NCBI GenBank assembly: GCA_951406725.2
Contig: OX597818.1
Span: 77,066,001-77,130,000, forward strand
Direction of reading: 5' to 3'
DNA: 64,000 nucleotides
Source: Octopus vulgaris
Taxonomy: Eukaryota
Of the stretch, positions 1 through 10,944 are shown in pieces. How positions within the stretch are numbered: the stretch's first letter is position 1; every line of letters starts with the position of its first letter. Made by a program: the position numbers and the translations under genes. A model generated the notes under the pieces. It searched no databases. It was not told the origin of the DNA and saw nothing but the letters and a program-made list of their open reading frames with translations.

Positions 1-137
1 TGTACAGGGTTGCTGTCAATAAGGTGAAAATCAGTAGTAATTGTAGCAATGAATTTAGTGTGCTGGTAGGAGTTCTCCAGGGTCCAGTTCTTGACCCCCT
101 ATTATTTATCAGTCCTCCAGGCTATAAATGAGTTTAA

Positions 138-1187
138 CCCTTTCGTTACTATATTTCTGACCAAAATACACCCCTTATGTGTTTCAATTAATTTCTAATA
201 TAATCATAAATTTAGTCTGGTTTCATTAAACAACTATAACTTTTTTATTTATCAATATATTAACGTGAATTTTGGAAGATAATTTAATTAAATGTTCTCA
301 ACCAATTCTATAATATAATTTTTGTCACAAAGTGACTCTAATTGCAGGTAGATACAGGTAAATTCAACAAAATATAAAATTATTAAAATTTTGTTCAAAC
401 ATCACTATAGAAAATGGGTTATTAGCTAATATTCAATTGGGTATACAACAAAATTTTACGATAGAATTTGTTATTCTGGGTAACTTTCTGATACCCATAA
501 TAATATTTATGGCAAAATAGTCTTAATTTCTATCCTTTCTTTCGCTTTGTTTACATTTAGCGTAACGGTTTGTTTCCGTCGTAATGATTTCAAACAGGCT
601 CATTCAAAAAAGTAAAAAGAAATAGTCTAAGGCTTTACTCTTCTGGGAAAGTCTGTGGCTTGGTCCAGTTTCTTCAGAAAAATCACCGAAAGAAACAGTT
701 TTTAAATTTTCACTCCATTCAGGTGCCAATTCATTTTCTTTATCGCTGTCGGAGCTCTCGGATTCACTGTTTTCACTTTCGGAAAATGAAACATCAGATT
801 CATTATCAAATACCACATGCTTTTTTTTTTCAGTCATAGAGTTAGATTTATGAAGGTCTTCAGTAGAAAATCCTTCGAATTCTGACTCGCTGCTTGATAT
901 AATGAAATTCGTATCCATTTTTTGTCAGAATTACAAATTTTGAAAACACAATAGGAACAAATTTCGGAAAAAAATCTCCCAAAATTCACGGAATTAAAAT
1001 TACACTTCGATTTTTGTACAAAACTGTAGTTGAACTGTTTATGAAGTATAATACGTATTTTCACGAATGTACTAAAGAGATTTGCTCTGATATTCTCATT
1101 TAAATATGAATAGGTAAATTCAGGCGGCATTGGGCGGTTTGGTCACATTAACCAAAATTTGTTTCGGGCGGTTTGGTAACGAAAGGG
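138..1187 (-). mobile_element. Internally deleted piggyBac DNA transposon
   Basis: TTAA at 134-137 and 1188-1191; 12-bp TIR CCCTTTCGTTAC (138-149) / GTAACGAAAGGG (1176-1187); contains a transposase N-terminal remnant. Confidence 0.88.
604..918 (-). pseudogene. Truncated piggyBac (PGBD-like) transposase N-terminus
   Basis: Acidic N-terminus (SESEFEGF...SDSD) followed by F.EETGP...ALDYFFLLF, typical of the start of the piggyBac DDE_Tnp_1_7 region; catalytic domain missing. Confidence 0.72.
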
Positions 1188-1840
1188 TTAATACTGGTTG
1201 CCTATAGGAGCTCTTTGATTCTGATGACCTTGTCCTTATAGCTGATTCCAAAGTATAATTAGAAAAGAAATTACAGGAGTTAAAGTAAAACCTGGAATCA
1301 AAAGGCCTTAGAGTTAACTTAGCAATGGCCAAAATCCTACAAAGCAGTAAAGCAGACAAATTACTAATCCCTTTAAGGAAATGGCCCTGCTTGATATGTA
1401 CAAAAGTTGTAGGTAGAAATTGCATATGGTGTACCCAATGTAAGCTTTCAACACCTAAGTGGTGCAATAGAATCACAAGAAGGTTAGCATAGAAAGTAGT
1501 TTTTGTGTATAGATGTGCAGGAACAATAAGCACTAAGACCACACAGGAAATAGTTTTCCTCAAATGCCCAGATTTTTTAGAGGTAGCTCATGGTTTGTTA
1601 CCTAAGTGACCTAATTTGCAGTGGAGCAGGATGTTCCTGAAGTGTAGTCACTAGAATGAGAACCAGATGGAAAAGTCTTTCTATCAATAAGAGGCTTCTT
1701 TTTAACTATGAAACAAAGCTCCATCACTGGAATTTAAATAGCAAAAGTAATATTCATGTATGCATGTCTGAGTATGTATATAAATATATATGTATATATG
1801 TATTTATTAATATATGTATGTACAATTTATTTTCCTGTAA

Positions 1841-1945
<105 letters not shown>

Positions 1946-3150
1946 TAATAATAATCTTTCTTACTTTATTTACCATTTCTTCATAGTTCTGTAAATATGT
2001 TTCTAATGTGCATGCACTTGTGTGTGTGTACTCATGCATTACCTCTTACAGAGTTTTGTTTATATTTGTTCAAACAACAAAGCAGGTCACAAATTTTGGA
2101 AAGATTCAATGCTGTTTAATGGAGTGGATAATATATACAGTGGGTACCATATACAAATAGTTCTCTAAACTAATGGTATTTCAGAAGAAAATTAAACTCA
2201 TAACATACTGAAATTTGGACAACAAATTACAAATAGACTATGCATGTATACTAGTGTTGGGAGAGCACATACAAATGGTGTACTAATTGAATAAATTGTT
2301 TGGTGAACAGTTTTCTGAAGAAAATTCTATTCAGCCAATGAACTGAAATTTGAACAAGAAACCATAAGTAAGCTCTACATGCATATAAATGGCTTGGAGA
2401 ACATGTGCAAATGGTTCATTAATGTCCATGTATGCATTTCGTGCTGCTTGTAAATTTTTATATGTAGGAAACAATATTTTTCATATAGTTTGCTAGAAAC
2501 ATAATCACAGATCAACAGAAGTAAGACAAGCAAATATGCATGCATGCTTGCACGTGCACATACACACACACACACACAGACACATATCATCATCATTATT
2601 TAATGTCTGTTTTCCATGCTGGCATGGGTTAGATGGTTTGACAGGAACTGGTAAGGCCGGGGACCACACCAGTCTGCATTGCCTCTTCTGGTATGGTTTC
2701 TATAGCTTGATACCCTTCCTAACTTCACCCACTTTGCAAAGTGCTTTGTATATGGTACAACACCAGTGCTTTTTACATGGCACCAGCACTGGTATCACTT
2801 CCGCTGTGATGAATGGGTCTTCCTTGAGAACTGCAAGGCACCAGATATCTTGGTCCTTTATCATCTCAGTCGTCATTTCATGCCTTTATGTGGAAATTGT
2901 AGCTTGGAATGATGACTCCACTTTGTATGTATTTCATTTATTTATGTAACGAATATTTTGGTTAATGAACAGGGCTCTGCAATGGATTATGTTTGTTTAT
3001 AGAGACCCCACTGTAATTGTTTCACTTGCTACCACAATGGGAGATCATTGGACATTAAAGAAATACAGTCATTTCTCTATCTGAAACTAAACAGAAGAGA
3101 ATCTGTCAAATGGTGAAAGTGAGTTTTTTTAGCAGAAGGCAATTATATAT

Positions 3151-3493
3151 TACGGAGATGTATTTGCATAGCAAGTGACATGATCTGAGATTGTGTGCTG
3201 GAACAAAAACAATTGCAGCCTGGAAGGTGTTTATAAGCCATTTAAGAAACACACAAAAACTGTTAGATTCACTTCAACATTTAAATTTAATTTGCCAAAA
3301 TATTTTCACTGCATTGAGACCGCGACCTGTTCACTGACAAAATTCCATGCAGCACGGTATTTTGTCAGTGAACAGGTCGCAGTCTCAAAGCGACGAAAAT
3401 ATTTTGGCAAATTAAATTTAAATGTTGAAGTGAATCTAATGGTTTTCGTGTGTTTCTTAAATGGCTTATAAACACTTTCCATGCTGCAATTGT
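3151..3493. mobile_element. Asymmetric foldback element with hammerhead-like motifs (Penelope-associated type)
   Basis: Inverted arms 3209-3350 / 3352-3493, an unpaired ~58-bp extension on the left, and a 10-bp direct repeat AATTATATAT on both flanks. Confidence 0.8.
3361..3411 (+). ncRNA. Minimal type I hammerhead ribozyme, G3-C8 core variant
   Basis: TTTGTCA [GTGAACA] G GTCGC-agtctcaaa-GCGAC [GAAA] ATAT TT TGGCAAA: stem I TTTGTCA/TGGCAAA, stem II GTCGC/GCGAC, palindromic stem III region AAAATATTTT. Confidence 0.7.
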
Positions 3494-5180
3494 AATTATA
3501 TATGTAATAGACAAAGAAAAAAGTGGGAAAGTTTGTAGCAGAATAAATGAAGTGAATATTAAATTCTGGCAAATAACACTGTGTAACATGATTTTTGTCC
3601 TTAGGTAGTAACTATCATTTCCTATGTGCTTACTCCTAGTGAAGAATCCCTCTCAACACATAGCTCTGATTCTCCTTCACTTCTACTGCTCATGATCAGA
3701 GATGCACATATTGTCAGCCACTATATACACATATTGTGAGTGACATACTCAGTTGGCTATGGTCAAGCAACTGACAAGTGAGTCTGTGGTATTGAGCAGA
3801 ATATTTGTTGTAATGATATTTCTGCTTCAACAGCTCAGTGCTGAATCTGTTTGAAATGTAATGGGAAATATGTCAGTTTTGAAACATTCATGTCCAGGTC
3901 ACAAAAGCAAAGTTTGAAGGGAATAGTAGTCATTTCCTTTGATTTCTAGATAGAAAAGAACACTTACTGACCAAAGACAAGAAAAAAAAAATAATAATTT
4001 GGGTTCACAGTGTAATTGTGTTTTGTTTTCTAGATGAATAGTTTGTAAGTTTGTTTTCTTGTAATATCAGCTTTACAAAAGTCGTTATTTCTATAGTTCA
4101 TGTGGTTTTTCTTATGTACTTGAAGTTAATATATTTATGAGTGTTATTAAAATATTAATGCAGTATGTAATATTACAAGTGGTATACAGCATATGGAATT
4201 TGTAATCTCAGAAAAATGAATAATTGTGGATGATTATGATGGCTGATGTGTGTCATCGGTTTGACTTAGTAGTTATATTCAAGTAATGCTTCTCTTTTAT
4301 TTGCATACTAATAAGTGAAACACTAATATTTAACAAAATTATTCATTCTTAAGTTTTGTGGTTAGTAGCAAAGTTTGTCTATATTCAGTTGTAGATAATA
4401 AATTGCAATTAAATTTCATTTACTTACGTGAATATTTACGTAAGTAAATGTCATATAAAATGTATAATAAATGTTTATTTACATACAAATGATTCTTTAG
4501 TAATGTGAATATCTACATACAAAAGCTTTTTTTTAATAAATGTATTATTTTTTTTGTCAAATGCAATCAAATTAATACACATTATCAATTTGGTTATATT
4601 ATAGGAATGAACTATTTATGTCTTAAGGTTTCTGTGTTGACATGCTAAGACTGAGTGCTTTTTGCTGAGTGTATTATTTGCAAGTATATTCTAATAAGTT
4701 TCAGCTGTGCTTAAGTTGCATAGTTTTACATTACCACAATACAATTGGCAATTGACAATGTACTCTTTCACAGGCTTTTTTTTTTTTTTAATTTCCCCAA
4801 ATGTACAAGTACAAAGAAGTATCTTTAATACCTTCTTTATGTTGTGAGATGTATGGGTGCTTTAATCGTAGTGGGTTTTGATCTGTATTGATGTTAGTCA
4901 CACACAAATTTTAAATATATTGTATGTCTGAATTATGTATTTATATATTATATCCTTTGCTGGACATTTTAATTCTTTGAAGATAGTTTGTTTGGTCAGT
5001 GCATTTTCAGTGTGAGTTTGTCTAACTCATTGTTGGTTTGTTAGTTTTATAGCTATTGGAAGAAGCAAATTTGCTGGACAAAATTGGAAAGGGTTGAATA
5101 TTTTGTAATATTTGTGTATTATATGAATGTTTGGTTATTACTTATTTTTTTCTTCATCTATTATGTATACAATTGCTATA

Positions 5181-5350
5181 GGTGCAGACATGGTTGTATG
5201 GTAAGAAGCTTAGTTCCCAACTACATGGTTCTGGGTTAAGTCCCACTGCATGGCACCTTGGGCAAAAGTCTTTTACTATAGCCTCGGGCTGACCAAAGCC
5301 TTGTGAGTGGATTGGGTAGATGGAAACTGAAAGAAACCCATCATATATAT
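5181..5350 (+). mobile_element. tRNA-derived SINE family B (GGTGCAG.CATGG.TGT.TGGTAAGAAGCT...)
   Basis: A/B-box-like head and body shared with copies at ~14500, ~19960, 21300-21690(-), 22243-22605, ~23930-24080(-), 27465-27857(-), 34400-34840(-), ~50910. Confidence 0.8.
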
Positions 5351-5352
5351 AT

Positions 5353-5618
5353 AGTGAGAATTTACAAAAAATCAAAAGACGAAGACAGGTGTGTAAAGAA
5401 CAAACAGATGTATTAGTTTAAAACTCAGGAAGTGAGTCTTTTACTTTTCGAGCCTACGCTCTTTGACAGAAAAGAGCACAGAAATAAACAAGGAGAGAAA
5501 ATAGAAAACGGTTTAGTGGCTAGAGATCTATCGTGGCGAATGCCGGACAGAGGGGTCACACAGGAGAGCTAGGAAGAAGGGGAGATAATAAAGTAGTGGT
5601 GATCCCAAAACGAAGGTG
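5353..5618 (-). mobile_element. Probable Penelope-like terminal fragment with a degenerate hammerhead motif
   Basis: Minus strand 5437-5476: TCTTTT CTGTCAA A GAGC-gtag-GCTC GAAA AG TA AAAGA; inserted in the (TA)/(TG) tail of a SINE. Confidence 0.5.
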
Positions 5619-5791
5619 TGTGTATGTGTATAGATATAAGTATGTATGTACAATTTATTGAAATGTTTATTTTACAACTCAAGTTTCATGCCACTGCAAT
5701 TTTCTGATAAGCACTTTCACTTGATAATTACTGTGGCATGAAGTTGAATGTATTGAGCACGCCTTTCTCATTTATTTGATACAATTTGGTA

Positions 5792-5837
<46 letters not shown>

Positions 5838-5840
<3 letters not shown>

Positions 5841-6021
5841 CATGTAAAAAACACTCAGTCCACTCTGTGGGGTGGTTGGTGTTAGGAAGAGCATCCAGCC
5901 ATAAAAGCCATACCAAAACAGACATAGTAGCCTGGGATAGTCTTCTACCTGGGCGGCTCCTGTCAAACTGTCCAACCCATGCCAGCATGGAAAGCAGATG
6001 TTAAACGATGATGATGATGAT
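5838..6021 (+). mobile_element. RTE-tail-related short element family (...TGTCAAACTGTCCAACCCATGCCAGCATGGAAA...GTTAAACGATGATGA)
   Basis: Same 3' end with (GAT)n tail recurs, mostly inverted, at ~2585, ~18380, ~18850, ~24170, ~31737, ~35745, ~38440. Confidence 0.75.
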
Positions 6022-6116
6022 ATGCATGAGTGTATACATATGTACTTTGTGTGTGTAATTATGCTTTGAAATTTTTTCATTTACCATCAAACTAATGACT
6101 GTTTAATTATTTACAG

Positions 6117-6224
6117 GTTAGTTACGGTGAAAGAATTTGATAAGAAAGTGCCTCTTTATTCCATCCACTCTAACCCTGTTAATTCTTTTGAGTTCTGTGT
6201 TGGCGGTAAAGACTACTATCTCAG
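6117..6224 (+). CDS. DCAF8: DCAF8 exon
   Basis: ttacag|G...AG|gtaatt; LVTVKEFDKKVPLYSIHSNPVNSFEFCVGGKDYYL(R), similar to human [36 protein letters not shown]; phase fits neighbours. Confidence 0.93.
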
Positions 6225-7128
6225 GTAATTCAAATATGGCAACCTTATTGTCTGTTATACGAAATATTATCTTTATGTTCACTGACTCCCTCCATGATAT
6301 ATTTATATATATTTATTTATATTATAGTTGAAATGTAGATGAAATATAAAGTACCATATTTTCCAGCATACTAGTCAAATTTTTCAGACCAAAATTTATG
6401 GCCAAAAAGGTTTGGTCAACTTACACCTACACACCTTTGGAGGAACACAACTTCCTTGTGAAATGCAGCAGGATTTGGAAAGGTTGCGATGTGACAATAG
6501 TTGAATGTTTACATTATGCATTATGTTGACGTGTATGCAGGAAAATACAGTATATTATAGTTGAAATACTTCAGCTATGACTTGTAATAAAGTAGACTAT
6601 ATAGATATTTTTATTTCTTCAGTGAACATCAGTGCAATGGTCAACTAAACGACCACTTAGATCGCTATTGTGTACAGATGACACTGAAATATTACCCTAA
6701 TAGATTTTTCTTAGGCCAAGTTCTTTCCCTCCAATGAAATCATCTTTAGTGTGGTGTTATATATTCTTAGGTTGTTCAGTATGTGAGATAGGTTGCATAT
6801 GTTGACCACACTAAAGTTTGAGTTTACAAATATTTTATTAACCTGCATTGATATATTTAGAAATATACATTCAATAAATTAATGGATCAATATTCAGTGA
6901 ACATAATGGTTAAAAATCTTCTATACACAACTTGCTGGATAATGTAATGAAAGTAGTGGAAGCAAACGTACAGGAGTTTAGGTTAAAGACAAATAGTCTA
7001 AAAAAATATTTAGAACTAATATAAGATATTTGTAAGATATCTTGTTTATTGGTTGGTAACAATGTGATTTACTATTATATTTCTATTAGTTTCTTTTATT
7101 CTAATTGTTCTTTTAAATTTGATTTTAG

Positions 7129-7156
7129 GATTTATGACAAACGGAAGATAGCTGAT
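7129..7156 (+). CDS. DCAF8: DCAF8 28-nt microexon
   Basis: ttttag|G ATT TAT GAC AAA CGG AAG ATA GCT GAT|gtaagt = IYDKRKIAD (human IYDQRKIDE). Confidence 0.88.
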
Positions 7157-7389
7157 GTAAGTGATTAAAAAATTTTTTTTCCATTTTCTTTTTTGGTAAT
7201 GACAGCAATCATTTTGTTGTTTTAATGAAGGAAAAATTCTTGTAATAAAAATTTGGATCTCATTTGGAGAATATTTAGTTGTAAAGTCAAGTTTGTTTTT
7301 CTGACATTAACACTTAAATCCATGCCTGATTCTGTTAACTTTTGTAGTTGCATCTTGACAATTTACTACATCATTTTGGTTGTGGAATG

Positions 7390-8060
7390 TAAAGCTATTA
7401 AAAATGGCCTTGGCAAAAGACCCAGAGGCTTAGCTGCAATTTAGGTGATTGAGAGAATTTCAGTAGGTGACGTCTTTCAGCTGTTGGAGGCTATGTTCAT
7501 CTGCTCATCTGATTTTAGTGACAGGATTCAAACTTTGGTTGTGTGAGAAATGCAGGAAGATATGTCTAAGACATACCCGAGATACTTAATTAGATGTCTC
7601 AGAAGGGTCATTTGCTGCCAGGATTATTCAGCAGAGAAGTTGCGAAGCTGCAGTCTGTTAGCTAACTCCAAGAGGTTTGGGGTGAAGTGTGTTGCATGGT
7701 AGTTGTGTGAGATGAATTTACTTTTTTAAAATGGGGGCAGATGCAGTGATGGCAAGATAAAGGTTAATTTTGTTTGGAGAGTTAGTGGTCACTTTAGAGA
7801 TAGAAGCAGGTAATGAAGTTAACTGGTGCAGACTGTTCAGAATAGCAAAATAATTTGAGTTCTGCATCAGCAAGTGTTGGAGTGAAGAGTACTTGCATTT
7901 ATTCAAGTCACTGAAATTGAGGACTTGAGAGAAAAGTGAGATGGATGTCCTCGATGCAGGATGAGAAATAGCTGTGATGAGTGGAAGAGATGGCAGAAAA
8001 AAGTGTGTATGAGAGGTGAGTGGTTCCTACTTATCTGCAGACTCGTCACCTTTTAGAATA
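7390..8060 (-). mobile_element. Highly degraded LINE (L2/CR1/Jockey group) endonuclease-linker fragment
   Basis: Minus strand has remnants resembling D.N, N.L.QL and FWSFAK motifs, with many stops. Confidence 0.35.
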
Positions 8061-8280
8061 AAGTTGAAAGATAGTATAACCAGGACAGTAGAGAAGGATT
8101 AGAGAGAGAGAGTGTGTGTGAAAGGAATGTGTGATTTTGCATGTTTGTTTGAGTTTACAGCTGTTTGTGTTGAGAAGGGAGATTAATCTGTTAGTAATTT
8201 TTGGTGTCACTTAGCTGCCAAAGTTATGAGAAAAGGTTTATTTATTAGAGTTTAACATTTATCACCTTTATCTTTTGTAG

Positions 8281-8325
8281 TCTGTCAATGATGGAGTTCT
8301 AAAAAAGTTTTGTCCTCAGCATTTA
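8281..8325 (+). CDS. DCAF8: DCAF8 45-nt exon
   Basis: ttgtag|...|gtaagt; SVNDGVLKKFCPQHL (human NNGVLKKFCPHHL). Confidence 0.92.
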
Positions 8326-8539
8326 GTAAGTAAATAATTATTTCTTTGTATTTATTGTCTCTTGTACTGTATAATATCTTGTTTGTTGATTTGATATCCT
8401 GACTTGAATTTGAGAGAGAGCGTGGTATCCATCCTTCTAATTCAATGTCTCTCAAACTCCTAACTATCGCCCCTATTCCACTTTTTCCCTTTTACTAGCA
8501 CTCTTTCAACCACCTCTTGCTGTGATTCAACAAAATTAG

Positions 8540-8698
8540 CCCTTTAGCATTCAGCTTACTCTTTCAAATGTAATGCTTATTGTTTTGAATTTACTGTGCA
8601 TTATCTTGTTGCTTAGAGATTTCATTGATGTGATTGCTTATTTTTAAAATATAAACAGCGTGTGAGAGGTCAAATATGGCCAGTTTAAATGCTAAAAG
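8540..8698. mobile_element. TTAA-type MITE (uninterrupted copy of the family at 33478-34162)
   Basis: Ends CCCTTTAGCATTCA ... AATGCTAAAAG|TTAA; body similar to the 33478-33558 and 34061-34162 segments. Confidence 0.7.
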
Positions 8699-10637
8699 TT
8701 AAATACACTCTAAAAAGTTGCTGTTGATAGGTTGATTGCCATTAAGGAACTACTTACTTACACTGAAGTCATGTCATCAATATAATATGGGATGGCAAAA
8801 CATTTTGCCCAGTAATATTGCCACATGATTTAATGGGCTGGCTGAATCATTAGCATACCAGGCAAAATGCTTATCTACATTTTATGTTCTGAGTTCAAAT
8901 TCCACCAAAGTTGACTTTGCTTTTGATTAAATAAGTACCAGTTGAACCATGGAGTCTATGTAATTGACTTATCCCTTTCCTGAAATTGCTGGCCTTGTAG
9001 CAAAATTTGAAACCAATATTACCAGATGATTTGGTTTATGGAAAAAAAAATTAATGTTTTAGAAAATTAAGGCAACTTAAAGACATATATATTGCTCCTC
9101 TCTACCCCTATCCCATATTGCTCCTTTTTGTTACCAGTTTTCACCATTTTTACATCCACTTTACCATGTCAATCCTCCTATCTCTCAAAAATGAAAAAGG
9201 AACCTTACAATGTTTAGTCTAACTGAAGACAGTCTTTCTTGTGTGTGCTCCCACAGGTAATGAGATAAGGTCTCTAAAGACCAATTACTTTTGGTATATC
9301 GAAGTCTATGTCTATGTTGTTTGGTTCCATGTCAGTTGTGATCCAATAAACTTTTGATTAAAGCTATTCCAGCCATAATCATCCTGTTGTTAAAACAGAA
9401 CTATATTATTCAATGTAGCTTTCCATTTTGTTAAGACATGAGTACACACGTGTGTGTGTGCGCGCCTTGTCTTGAAATCATGAAATGATTGTAAATACAA
9501 GTGATGTTGTTTGTTTCCAGTCTTCTGTGAAAAATATGCCTGGCCATGGGGGAAATATTACCTTGCCTGGAAACAGGAAGGACATCTGGTCATAGAAAAC
9601 CTACTACAACACATTCTGTGTGGTCCATGTGAACACAGAAAAGTAGATGTTAAAATGATGACCATAATGACAACCTAAACACTTCATTAAAATAACTTTG
9701 TCATTATTAAGGTGGTATTTGGAACATAAGATGGAATTTTGATGGAAGGTTTAACTTAGATTACTTTAAAAGTTTGTATCATAGAACTATGGGCAGTCTT
9801 AATGGGTTGGTATAAAAAAAGTTAAGTAATTTGAATAGAGAAGAGCCATGACTGGATACTTAAGCAGTTTACTTTTCAACTATGTGTTTTCAGATATGAT
9901 CCTACTGTGTAGCACTTTGGGCCAGTGGTTCCTATTGTAGTGTTGTGGATGAAATTTGGTCAATAGAACCTGTATTGATGCCTATTGAACAGATCATTTC
10001 TGTTTTGGGGTGGGATGCCTTTAACCAAGTTTACTCTGTTATAAGCTCTCAAACCAGGCCTCCACTTTGAAGATAACTTCCTTTGACATTACAGAGGTTT
10101 TCCTCTAATGAAATCTTTCTTCATCATCATTTTACATCCACCTTTCATGCTAGCATGAGGTGGATGAGTTTTCACAGCCCAAGACAGTCTTTATTTAGCT
10201 AGATAAGTCAGAGGACTGTGTCTTTCTTGTATGCCCTATTTTGGCTTTGCTTTTACAATTGGATACCTCTCCTAACATCATCTACCTGACAGTGTGTATT
10301 GGTGTACAGTGTACATTTTAAGATAGCACCAACACTAGCAGTTTGTCATGTTTTCAACAAGAGTAAGGGATCTTCCTGTTGCCATTCACTGTCGCCACTC
10401 ATTCACCAACCATGTTACAGTGTACTGGGTACATTTTTATCATAATACTGACATTAGTGTAGTATCCCACAAATACAAATTGCGGTAAATAAACTACGTG
10501 TATTTGAGTCAAATTATTTATTGTTCAACATTGACAAAAGAATTTGTTTTCTTCTTGAGATTTGGTCTATTCTCTGTAAATGTCCTAAGTTATGTCAAAG
10601 TTTTATATAAAAAGTGTTTTGTTTTATTTGCTTACAG

Positions 10638-10695
10638 ATTGACAGTAGCATAAAAGCCAATGCTACATGTGCCTGTTATAATTACAATGGAACTG
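10638..10695 (+). CDS. DCAF8: DCAF8 exon
   Basis: ttacag|...G|gtaaat; IDSSIKANATCACYNYNGT (human VNSESKANITCLVYSHDGT). Confidence 0.9.
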
Positions 10696-10944
10696 GTAAA
10701 TATTATTATTGTTACTATTATTATTATTATTATTATTCGTCTGCAAATGAATAAGTATGACTGGGGATATTACTATGATGACAACAATAGCAGCAGTGAA
10801 GGAGAGGGGAAGATACAAAGGAAGCAGAGTTAGAGGGTGCATAGACAACAAATCCCAGAATGGTTTCTTCTAAAGAACAGGAGCAGGATGGACTAAGCAG
10901 AATCAGCTTAAATATATATGTGTATAAATATACAAATGCATTAT

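Larger units (their letters stand above)
1..1600 (+). mobile_element. Degraded RTE-type LINE reverse-transcriptase fragment interrupted by a piggyBac
   Basis: 1-133 gives VGVLQGPVLDPLLFI (QG motif). 1192 onward continues with TGC..ELF.SDDLVLIA (degenerate YADD) and a downstream Cys-rich segment, with stops and frameshifts. Confidence 0.7.

Noticed and set aside
3193-3589. Mirror ORFs on both strands encoding near-identical peptides (VYKPFKKHTKT...)
   Set aside because: Artefact of the palindrome; no protein family recognisable.
4225-4250. TGATGA/CTGA-like boxes as an intronic C/D snoRNA
   Set aside because: Box C is imperfect, spacing is too short, and there is no terminal stem or recognisable rRNA antisense element.
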